Shown here: one piece after another, positions 15,180 to 25,770 of the stretch
Numbering within the stretch: the stretch's first letter is position 1
Layout of the letters: every line of letters starts with the position of its first letter
Assembly (NCBI GenBank): GCA_951406725.2
Contig: OX597829.1
Span: 27,218,001 to 27,282,000 of the forward strand
Length of the DNA: 64,000 bases
From: Octopus vulgaris
Lineage: Eukaryota
Direction: 5' to 3'
Notes under the pieces: model-generated
Told to the model about the DNA's origin: nothing
Databases searched by the model: none
The model's input: only the letters and a program-made list of their open reading frames with translations
Made by a program: the position numbers and the translations under genes

Positions 15180-15600
15180 TGGTGAGAGCCATACAAGCCA
15201 TGTACAGGGACGCTGTCAGCAAGGTGAGGGTTGGCAATGAGTACATTGAAGAATTCAGGGTACAAGTAGGGGTTTGCCAAGAATCGGTCTTAAATCTTCT
15301 CTTGTTCATTATAGTCCTCCAGGCAATAACAGAGGAATTTAAGACTGGGAGTTCCTCTATGTTGATGATCTTGCTCTAATAGCTGAGTCACTACCAGAAC
15401 AAGAGAAGAAGTTCTAGGTATGGAAGCAAGGTCTAGAGTCAAAAGGCCTTAGAGTTAACCTAGCAGAAACCAAAGTCTTGGTAAGTAAGAAGGCACGCAA
15501 AACACCAATTCCTTCAGGTAGATCGCCCTGCTCGATCTGTAGAAAAGCCATAGGTATTAACTCCATAAGATGTACTCAGTGTAAGTTATAGACACATAAA
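15180..15600 (+). mobile_element. RTE RT internal fragment including the start of the PHD insert
   Basis: LVRAIQAMYRDAVSKVRVG..YVDDLAL..PCSICRK..IRCTQCKL. Confidence 0.9.
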
Positions 15601-16109
15601 AAGAATTTTAAAGAAAAGTTTAGGTAGGGATTTAACTTGGAGAGAGAAAGGTGGCACAAACCATAGGATCTTGTGCTTCCTGCCCTTAGAGAGCTTATAG
15701 TGCATGGGTATAGTGGGTGGGTCCATAAAAGGAAGCTAGCGTCATTATAGCTTCATGGTAACTGGTGAAGTTGGTGAGTATGATGTGTAGGGGTTTTTTT
15801 TAGGATGATGGATAGTTGATGAGTGGTCCAGGATTAGTACAAGGAACAAAAAGTGCAGTTTTAGCTTTAAGTTTAGTGTTGGGGACATAAGAGATTTTTT
15901 TGCAGAAACCAATGATCTGGAGAGGTTAATTATAATATAGGGTGTAATTGTTAAAGATGTCTTTGGAGATTCTGATAGAGATGCTCATGATTATGCTACT
16001 AAGAGTAAGTGTAATGTGATTAGATAGGATGTTGATATATTGTAATGATTGATTGTGTATATATATATATATATGTGTGTGTGTGGGTGTTTATACATGT
16101 ATATATGTA

Positions 16110-17417
16110 CAGGGTGTGATTGGTAAATTGTCACCATTTTATACTTTAAATTTTGCGCATGCATGTTGCTTGCTTTTGATTTTATTGACTGCACAGTATA
16201 GTAGGGTCAGTTGAGCACCATCTGTGAGAAAAACAGTAATTCATTCTGCCAGAAATTTGGAAACGACATGCTGTACTGCTTGGCATTTCCACTGGAAGTG
16301 CCAATACAAACATTTCGGAGTGTTTGGGTGTCAATCTGAGGACACTACAGAGGATTTGGAATGAGTTGGATCAGTCTAATGGTGATTACGATGGTATGGC
16401 AGCTCAGAAAACTCACTCTGATTATTTTGATAAGAAAGGAACTCCTGGATGTGTTGTTGAGATCCTGGCCATGATTGACAATGGTCCCTCCAAGTCAATC
16501 AGGTCCATTGCCAAAGACATGGGAGTATCTGAGTTTCTTATCAGGCAAGAATGCATGATGACATTTGGTATTCCTCATACAAGTTGAGAAAGGTCCAGTT
16601 TTTATCCAAGCCGTCAAGGACAAAAAGTAAAGACCACACTACAAAGCTTTTAAATAAACTCAAGCATCCTCTCCAACAGAAGTTGCTTTGGTTTTTCTCA
16701 GATAAGAAAAAATTCTGCCAGGATCAGATGGTGAACATATAGAACAACCGTTGGCTTGTTATGTCCCCAAAACATACTGAGAGTGATAAAATTCAAACAT
16801 CCAGTCAATACCATGGTGTTTGGAGTGATCACTAGTGATGGTGATGTTATGCTTCCATTCATCTTCCCACATGGCCTCACACTCAACACAGAGGCCTACA
16901 TCAAGTGCCCTGGAGGAGGTAGTGTTGCACTGAGTCAAGAGGGTGGCTGCGGGAAGACCCTATGTCTAGCAAAGGAACTCTGCATCATGCCACACAAGCA
17001 GGAGAACCCAGTCGTGGCTGTCAGACAATTCTTACAATCACATCACCCCTAACATCTGGCCACCAAACCCCCCAGACTGCAACCCCACTTGATTATTATG
17101 TGTGGGGCACAGTTGAGTGAGAAACACCAACAAAACTCCTTGTAATACCAAAGATGAACTGAAGACAAAGATTAATGCAGCATTCACCAACTTAAACAAG
17201 GAGACCATCTAGAAGAGTTACAGGAGATTCCAAAGTTGCCTGGAGGCCATGGTTGAAGCCAATGACGATTTCATTGAGTAAATTTTCTGTTTAGTATTTC
17301 AAGATATTTTTATGTAAAGATATCTGTTATTTTATGTAAATATATCTGTTAAAATGAGAAGTCAGTGTTATTTTCATTTTTGTGCAATTTAGATGACAGT
17401 TTATTCATCACACCCTG
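16110..17417 (+). mobile_element. maT (DD37D, Tc1/mariner superfamily) DNA transposon, degraded
   Basis: TA TSD; TIR CAGGGTGTGAT...ATCACACCCTG; WFFSD, MVFGVITSDG, SASCHTS, WPPNPPDCNPLDYYVWG with 37 residues between the 2nd and 3rd catalytic positions. Confidence 0.88.
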
Positions 17418-17481
17418 TATATATGAGTATATGTGTGTGTATGTGTATATGTGTATATATATTTATGTATATATGTGTGTG

Positions 17482-17532
<51 letters not shown>

Positions 17533-17648
17533 AATTTTCTGCTGCTTTAAATAAAGCATATTACTCTACCACTGGTATTTGAGTACTCTTTTTTCCACCT
17601 TGTTTCACATTTATGTGTTTACTCCGGTATATGTATATGTATGCGTAC

Positions 17649-17711
<63 letters not shown>

Positions 17712-17831
17712 TGTATATATGTATATCTGTGTATATATATATATGTATGTATATATATGTATATATATATATGTATGTATATATGTATATATATATATAT
17801 GTATGTATATGTTTTTATATGTATATATATG

Positions 17832-17898
<67 letters not shown>

Positions 17899-18330
17899 GT
17901 ATAAACATATTTATCCACTGCTTCTTGTGTATTGAATTTTCAGTGAGAGAAAATTAAGTATTGTATTATCTGAGCATTGTTAAAGGTGATGCAAGTCACC
18001 TATCAATGTATAGGAGAAAGATTGCATGAAATTCTTAACCACATAGTTATACCTATGTTGTGTGTGTGTATGCATACATGCTGCATATTACTGCATGTAC
18101 TTTATATGCACTTTCTGACAAGTTGTGGTGCACCTGAGCGCTGTATACAATAATTTCATTATTATTATTATATATATATATTTTTTTTACGAAGAAAGGC
18201 CAGTTTATGGGGTTACTTTGGCTTTCCAGTCCATAAAGGGTTTAACTTTATGGCATATTTTCAGACTCCAAGATCTGTTGGCCTAAGACCTCTTTAAAAT
18301 ATGGAAAAGTAAAGCCTCATATATATATAC

Positions 18331-18739
18331 ACTCTTTTACTCTTTTACTTGTTTCAGTCATTTGACTGTGGCCATGCTGGAGCACCGCCTTTAGTCGAGC
18401 AAATCGACCCCGGGACTTATTCTTTGTAAGCCCAGTATTTATTCTATCGGTCTCTTTTGCTGAACCGCTAAGTGACGGGGACATAAACACACCAGTATCG
18501 GTTGTCAAGCAATGCTAGGGGGACAAACACAGACACACAAACACACACACATATATATATTTATATACATATATACGACAGGCTTCTTTCAGTTTCTGTC
18601 TACCAAATCCACTCACAAGGCATTGGTCGGCCCGGGGCTATAGCAGAAGACACTTGCCCAAGATGCCACGCAGTGGGACTGAACCCGGAACGATGTGGTT
18701 GGTTAGCAAGCTACTTACCACACAGCCACTCCTGTGCCT
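18331..18739 (-). mobile_element. tRNA-derived SINE, family A, full length
   Basis: Head TGGCTGTGTGG (A box) and GGGTTCAGTCCC (B box), internal microsatellite, tail ggcggtgctccagcatggccacagtcaaatgactgaaac(aagtaaaagag)n; about ten related copies in the window. Confidence 0.92.
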
Positions 18740-20504
18740 AGTCCCTTTAAGACCCAAAATAACGTGGTGGTGGAACAATATTGTTGACTGGGCTATTAGA
18801 CAAAAGAAACAGGCTTGGAAGGCTTGGAAGAACGGGGGTAGCAGGGAAGTGTATCAGACTGCCAGAAGGGAAGCTAGGAGACAGGTCTATCTAGCCAGAG
18901 GGGAAGCAGATAAGAGAAAATTTGCCAATGTCCTGCGCCGTGAGGATGAAAGACTTGAGGTATTTCGTATAGCAAGACAGTGTGTGAGAGAGAATCGTGA
19001 TGTGGTAGGAGAAAAATGTGTCCGCAAGGATGACGGTTCACTTGCGCTAAATGAGGATGCAAAGAGAGAGGCTTGGAGACGCCACTATGAAAGATTGCTG
19101 AATGAGGAAAATGAATGGGATAAGGAGAGTCTGCCGAATGTTGACCCAACAGAGGGACCAGCTATCCGAGTTGATAGTTCCGTGGTAGCTAAGGCAATTA
19201 GAAGCATGAAGACAGGGAAAGCCCCAGGCCCATCAGGAATTACTGCAGAGATGCTCAAAATATCTGGTAGTGTCGGCTATAGCATAGTCACCCGTACAGT
19301 TAACCAGGTGATACACGAAGGAGTCATACCCAATGACTGGTGTAGCAGCATAATAGTCAACTGCTACAAAGGTAAAGGTGACGCCCTAGATACAAATAAC
19401 TACAGGGGCATCAAGCTGTTGGATCAGGTAATGAAGGTTACGGAGAGGGTTATAGCCCAATTAATTAGAGAGAGAGTTAGCTTAGATGATATGCAGTTTG
19501 GGTTCGTGCCAGGGAAAAGTACTATTGATGCTATATTCCTGGTAAGACAGCTGCAGGAGAAATACCTAGCCAAAGGTAAGCCCTTGTACCTGGCTTTTGT
19601 TGACTTGGAGAAAGCCTTTGACAGGGTCCCCCGATCCCTTATCTGGTGGTCAATGAGGAAACTAGGCATAGATGAATGGTTAGTGAGAGCTGTGCGAGCC
19701 ATGTACAGAGACGCTGCTAGTAAGGTGAGGGTAGGCAACGAGTACAGTGAAGAATTCCGGGTAGAGGTTGGGGTCCACCAAGGTTCAGTCCTCAGCCCCC
19801 TCCTATTTATCATAGTCCTCCAGGCAATAACGGAAGAATTCAAGACAGGATGCCCCTGGGAGCTCCTCTATGCTGATGACCTTGCTCTAATTGCTGAGTC
19901 ACTATCAGAACTGGAGGAGAAGTTTCAGGTGTGGAAACAAGGATTAGAATCGAAGGGCCTTAGAATCAACCTAGCCAAAACCAAAGTCCTAATAAGTAGG
20001 AAGGTGGACCAACCACAAACGACTTCAGGTAGATGGCCCTGCTCGATCTGTAAAAAAGGTGTAGGTAGAAACTCTATAAGGTGCACCAAGTGTAAGCTAT
20101 GGACACATAAGAGGTGCAGCAATGTCAAAGGTAGGCTAACTGGGAAGATAGTTTTCGTATGTGGCAGATGCTCAGGAGAAATAAACTCTGGAAACGTGCA
20201 GAGACCAACTTCTACCACGTTCCAGGGAGACAAACTAGAAGTAGTTGATAGCTTCCGCTACCTAGGAGACCAAGTCAGTAGCGGGGGTTGGTGTGCTGAA
20301 AGTGTAACTGCTAGAGTAAGAATAGCCTGGGCAAAGTTTAGAGAGCTCTTACCCCTGCTGGTGACAAAAGGCCTCTCGCTCAGAGTAAAAGGCAGACTGT
20401 ATGATGCATGTGTACGTACAGCCATGCTACATGGTAGTGAAACATGGGCCGTGACTGCTGAGGATATGCGTAAGCTCGCAAGAAATGAAGCCAGTATGCT
20501 CTGA
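18663..20504 (+). CDS. RTE reverse transcriptase ORF lacking the endonuclease, with an internal PHD finger; TGA at 20502 is premature and the frame continues to ~20790
   Basis: KAPGPSG, YRGIKLL, QFGF, AFVDLEKAFDRV, GVHQGSVLSPLLF, LYADD, KTKV, FRYLG; same frame resumes WMCNVS..RLRWYGH..GRPRKTW. The first 26 codons come from the antisense SINE. Confidence 0.85.
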   Translation: MPRSGTEPGTMWLVSKLLTTQPLLCLVPLRPKITWWWNNIVDWAIRQKKQAWKAWKNGGSREVYQTARREARRQVYLARGEADKRKFANVLRREDERLEVFRIARQCVRENRDVVGEKCVRKDDGSLALNEDAKREAWRRHYERLLNEENEWDKESLPNVDPTEGPAIRVDSSVVAKAIRSMKTGKAPGPSGITAEMLKISGSVGYSIVTRTVNQVIHEGVIPNDWCSSIIVNCYKGKGDALDTNNYRGIKLLDQVMKVTERVIAQLIRERVSLDDMQFGFVPGKSTIDAIFLVRQLQEKYLAKGKPLYLAFVDLEKAFDRVPRSLIWWSMRKLGIDEWLVRAVRAMYRDAASKVRVGNEYSEEFRVEVGVHQGSVLSPLLFIIVLQAITEEFKTGCPWELLYADDLALIAESLSELEEKFQVWKQGLESKGLRINLAKTKVLISRKVDQPQTTSGRWPCSICKKGVGRNSIRCTKCKLWTHKRCSNVKGRLTGKIVFVCGRCSGEINSGNVQRPTSTTFQGDKLEVVDSFRYLGDQVSSGGWCAESVTARVRIAWAKFRELLPLLVTKGLSLRVKGRLYDACVRTAMLHGSETWAVTAEDMRKLARNEASML

Positions 20505-21330
20505 TGGATGTGTAATGTCAGTGTTCATAATTGTCAGAGTGTAAGTACCTTGAGAGAAAAGTTGAACCTAAGAAGCGTCAGTTGTGGTGTGCAAGAGAGA
20601 CGGCTGCGCTGGTATGGTCATATGACAAGAATGGCTGAAGATAGTTGTGTGCAAAAGTGCTACACCCTAGCAGTTGAGGGAACCTGTGGAAGAGGTAGAC
20701 CCAGGAAAACCTGGGACGAAGTGGTGAAGCACGACCTTCGAACTTTAGGTCTCACCAAGGAAATGACTAAAGACCGAGACCTATGGAAGTATGAACATCA
20801 ATGGAATTTGTATCTTTGTGGTACCAGTGCCGGTGGCACACGAGAAAACCATCCGAATGTGGCCGTAGCCAGTGCCGCACCGACTGGCCTCCATGCTGTG
20901 GGCACGTAACAATCACCATCCGATCGTGGCCGATCGCCAGCCTCATCTGGCTCCTGTGTCGGTGGCACATAAAAAACACCATCCGAGCGTGGTCGTCTGC
21001 TAGCCTTGTCTGGCACCTGTGTCGGTGGCACATAAAAACACCATCCGAGCGTGGCCGTTCGCCAGCCTCGTCTGGCACCTGTGTCAGTGGCACATAAAAA
21101 CACCATCCGAGCGTGGCTGTTCGCCAGCCTCGTCTGGCACCTGTGTCGGTGGCACATAAAATCACCCACTACACTCTCGGAGTGGTTGGCGTTAGGAAGG
21201 GCATCCAGCTGTAGAAACACTGCCAGATCTGACTGGCCTGGTGCAGCCTTCAGGCTCCCCAGACCCCAGTTGAACCGTCCAACCCATGCTAGCATGGAAA
21301 GCGGACGTTAAATGATGATGATGATGATGA

Positions 21331-21334
<4 letters not shown>
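18740..21334 (+). mobile_element. Young 5'-truncated RTE LINE copy
   Basis: Long open RT frame, 3' UTR minisatellite, (TGA)n tail ending in (TA)n. Confidence 0.96.
20820..21165 (+). repeat. ~62-bp tandem minisatellite in the RTE 3' UTR (about 5.5 units)
   Basis: Repeated unit gtggcacataaaaacaccatccgagcgtggccgttcgccagcctcgtctggcacctgtgtcg. Confidence 0.92.
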
Positions 21335-21363
<29 letters not shown>

Positions 21364-21961
21364 GTGATTGTATGCATATATATGTATGAATGCAAATGCA
21401 ACTGTGTGGTTGAGAAATTTTGCTTTGCATTCATCATGTCTGTGGATTTGATTCTCCCATATTTTCATTAAATTTTGTTTTTTTACTGTAGCTATGGGTC
21501 AAGCTAAGCTTTGTCCGTGAAATTGCTTAGAGGGGAAACCGTAGAAGCCCTTTGCATTGACTACACTTGTGTTTTTCAATCGATTAGCCTTGACACACAC
21601 ACTATGTTGTGAGAATTACATTATGAATATGTTTGTCTATTTATTTTCTGTTTTACTCACCAGGCTGTCTGTGTTTCTACTTAGTAGTCTTTTAATCAGG
21701 CATATTGCATTTGGGACAACAATATTTGATGCAACCTTCTTTGTCTAGCGCTTGGTAAATCCTGACCCAGTAGACCTATAACCAAAAACAATCCAACCAA
21801 GACCATCCTGTCTTTTATTCAGGCATAGTATATTTGGGACTACATTATCTAGCATGTCCATCCATGGACTTGTTTAAGTTCAGGTCAATCCAGAGTCAGC
21901 TGATAAAGACCCCGGAGAGGTTTATTATCCAGTGTCTCTTAAAGATCCTTTCATGTACCTG

Positions 21962-22432
21962 TTGAGATATGCAGAAATCTTCTCAAGAATGCACACTTGC
22001 AGCTTTAAATCTACATGGTACAAATATCATGTAATGCACATGTCTGTGTCATTTTTATCCCTCAGGTTTTATCCACAGACATGGCTAGGGGATCAAAGAA
22101 ATGGTTCAAAGACCAGCTTAAGATAGCTTTAAAGAAGACCAATATCAAATCTTAAAACAGTTTGTTTACTTCAGTACTCTTCTTTTGGAGAGAGGTTTGA
22201 GATATGCAGAAATCTTCTCAAGAATGCACACTTGCAGTTTTAAATCTACATGGTACAAATATCATGTAATGCACATGTCTGTGTCATTTTTATCCCCCAG
22301 GTTTTATCCACAGACATGGCTAGGGGATCAAAGAAATGGTTCAAAGACCAGCTTAAGACAGCTTTAAAGAAGACCAATATCAAATCTTAAAACAGTTTGT
22401 TTACTTCAGTACTCTTCTTTTGGAGAGAGGTT
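21962..22432. repeat. Recent 235-bp tandem duplication
   Basis: ttgagatatgcagaaatc...ttttggagagaggt occurs twice with about 3 substitutions. Confidence 0.95.
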
Positions 22433-22744
22433 AAAGTTATGGAGAAAACATACTCTCAACTCTACCCGAAGTGAGGATAGGGGTATGTATGGTCATCAAA
22501 AAATTAACAAATCAAGTAATAAGCAATCATCACATTCAATGGGCAACTACCAACAAACAGTAGCACATTGATATTATATATATATATATATATATGGTAG
22601 GGATTTGCTCCCCTGCTCACAATCATATCGGATGCAGCTGTGCTTCGCTAATCAGCTAGAGGAGATGTCCTCTTGGGGTTAAAAAGTTGCAGTAGAATCT
22701 GCTCAAATGGACAGCCATGTTAAAGTGGCTACAAATATATATGT

Positions 22745-22798
<54 letters not shown>

Positions 22799-22802
22799 TA
22801 TA

Positions 22803-23720
22803 TATATATGTATATGTAAAAAAATACAAACTGGGACAAGAACGCAGAACATTTAGAAGACGATACAAAAAACACGGATGGGACATTCGAAGCCTTCAAT
22901 CTTCAGCCAAGAACCGGATCATCCTTGCAATTTTGGCTGATCAATCTTGAGATTGCTCCAACCTGGCCAGCCCCAAAGGAAAAATCTAAGCCAAGCGCAT
23001 TAGATTCCTTGGAAGAGAGCTTCGAATGTATACAAAACAAGGACGGGAAAACGGACGATGTTACACGAATAAGAATACAAAAATACGTAAAAACAATAAT
23101 GATAACACGAATAAGAATACGAAAATACGTAAAAACAATAATGATAATAATAATAACAAAAACAGGACGTCACAGACAGGCGTCTTTTCAACAGGGCGAG
23201 TGAACTTTGAGCTGGTGCATTAGAAAAATGCCTTGGGGCAAAGAGAGAAAAAAAATGTGTCTTGCCGCGACGGCTGCTAACCACAAAAAGGCCAGCAGTC
23301 GGTCAGTTAGTCACTTGTGAGGAGAAGAGAGAGGAAAAGAGGGACAGATGAAGAGAGAAAAAAGGGGAACAAGGAACAAAGGAGGAGGAGAAGAGAGAGA
23401 GAGAGAAAGAGACAGATCAAAGTGGAGTGCAAAGTGTGAAAGGCAGAGAAATGTAGGAGAGGGGGGAGAGAGAGACAGTGTTATAGATACGTACCAAGTT
23501 TAAAGAAATATGTACTTACATATAAGACCAAAAAGGGTACGGGCGCCGCTATATATATATGTATATGTAAAAAAATACAAACTGGGACAAGAACGCAGAA
23601 CATTTAGAAGACGATACAAAAAACACGGACAGGACATTCGAAGCCTTCAATCTTCAGTCAAGAACCGGATCATCCTCGCAATTTCAGCTGATTAATCTTG
23701 AGATTGCTCCGACCTGGCCA
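22803..23720 (-). mobile_element. Element bounded by ~165-bp direct repeats (Penelope pseudo-LTR-like)
   Basis: aaaatacaaactgggacaagaacgcagaac...gagattgctcc.acctggcca at ~22815-22968 and ~23567-23720; related fragment in the opposite orientation at 7015-7130. Confidence 0.5.
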
Positions 23721-23739
23721 TATATATGTGTGTGTGTGT

Positions 23740-24096
23740 TGGCAGGTTTGGTAGCTTTCAGCTAACACTATCTTTCCCGAGACCCTGCAGCGCAAGTTGA
23801 CCAAAATTGAGAGTATGATAGAAGGCTTGCTCTTCCTTCCATAGAAGAAAAAATTCAAATTGGACTATGTTAACACCAAAAATTATTTACATCAAAAAGG
23901 TACTTTTTTTCTATGAGAATCCCTATTTTTACGATTTTTTTACTGCTGTGTCGCCATTTTTCAGTGTATTTCAACCAGAAAAATGTTCACTTAAAGAGAA
24001 TAACAAGCTACATAATGCAAATTTTTTACTTTTCAAAAATTCCAATTCTAAAGGGTCAAATAGGAAAAAAACCAGAGCAATGCTGGGCATCCTGCT

Positions 24097-24098
<2 letters not shown>
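23740..24098 (+). mobile_element. Probable non-autonomous Helitron-type element (3' end)
   Basis: Subterminal hairpin ccag-agcaatg-ctgg followed by ...gCTAG|t, the classic Helitron 3' signature; 5' boundary uncertain. Confidence 0.55.
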
Positions 24099-24174
<76 letters not shown>

Positions 24175-24194
24175 TATACATATATATATCTGTA

Positions 24195-24246
<52 letters not shown>

Positions 24247-24679
24247 TATACATATATATATATATATATATATAAATATATGCAGATATGTATATATACA
24301 TACATGAGTTGTCTAAGAGTCCATAAGTCAGAGAAAAGATGCACTCATATATCTGTCAGTAGAGTGTGCGTATTATCTGAAATGTATAGTATTATATATA
24401 CATCACGGCTTATCTTACCAATTGGTTTCATGCAAGGAATACAATGGAGTGTTAGGTAACAATCCAATTATATAAACTTATGCTCTTCAGAGTTAGCTGA
24501 CATGAAAAGGAATATGGCGATAGCCAAAATGCCTGGTCAGTTTTTGCTAACACTAAGCTTCAAATACTCTAATATGTAGCTAACTTCAGTCTGTCCCTTG
24601 CTCATGCACACTTGTCAGATACTTGACATTTGGACATAGTTTGATGTTAATTAGAGATGCGACAGGTTGTATTTTGTAT

Positions 24680-25770
24680 GCTTGGGATCACCCTAAAAAC
24701 AGAGAGTGAAAATGAACATTATAGACACTTCATGCTTCTTTATCTTAAAAAAGGTAAGAAAATGGCAGAAATCTGCTCGAAGATATGCACTATGTACAGA
24801 GAGGATGCTGTTATAGTATGTGTGTGCCAGAAGTGGCTTTCAAAGTTTTGATCAGGAAACTTTTGGTTGAAGACACACCTCGCTCTGGCCAGCTAGCTGA
24901 GATTAACAACAATGCCAATACCTGGTCTACAATCAGGATGATCGCAGATATTCCCCAAATATCCAAGTCAAGCGTTGAAAACCATCTGCATCAATTTGGT
25001 TACATCAGCAGGCTTGATGTTTGGGTTCCACATTAGTTGAATGAGACAAATCTCACCCAACAGATTTCCATCTGCAATTCATTGCAGAAATGTGAAGGAA
25101 ACAATTCTGTTTTTGAAGAGAATATTGACAGGGGACAGAAAATGGATTGTAAATAACAATGTGAAGTGCAAGTGATCATGGTTGAAGTGCAGCTAACCAC
25201 CACAAACAACCTCCAAAGCAAGACCTCATCTGATGGAGGTTATGCTTTCAATTTGATGGGATTGGAAGGCTGTTGTTTTTACAAGCTTCTTCCCATCAAT
25301 TTGGATTTGTTCTGTGACCAGCTGGATCAATTAAATACAGCTATCCATCAGAAGTATCTTTATGATTAGCAAGTGCTAATCATAAAGATATTGTCTTTCA
25401 TCATGACAATGCCAGACCACACTCTTCTTTACAGATGCAGTAGAAGTTACCTGGAGTTTGGTCTGGGAGTTTTGCCACATATTTGCCCAACATTGTGTCT
25501 TCAGATTTCTGCCTGTTTCAGGCTCTTCAAGATTAATCAACCAGTCAGACCTTCAACTCTGAAGAGAATGTAAAAATTCACCTGGAAGAGATTTTTGCCA
25601 GAAAAGACAGGAAATTCTTTGAGCAGAGAATAATGAATCAGCCCAAAAGATGGTAGAAGATGTTGGAATGAAAGAGTAATTATATTACTGATTGAATAAA
25701 CCACTTTGTGTATAAAACTTGTGACTAAACTGTAATTAAAAAAACTGAACAGACTTTTTGACCAACCCAA
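24680..25770 (+). mobile_element. Degraded mariner transposon
   Basis: EHYRHFMLLYLKKGK, EDTPRSG, SSVENHLHQFGYISRLDVWVPH, LTGD.KW, HHDNARPH; right TIR actttttgaccaacccaa followed by TA. Confidence 0.9.

Noticed and set aside
19424-20233. Antisense ORFs over the RT (also 9681, 31793, 41106, 41497)
   Set aside because: Shadow frames of the LINE coding strand
20502-20504. Programmed readthrough or selenocysteine TGA in the RT
   Set aside because: Other copies have sense codons here; CpG decay is a simpler explanation
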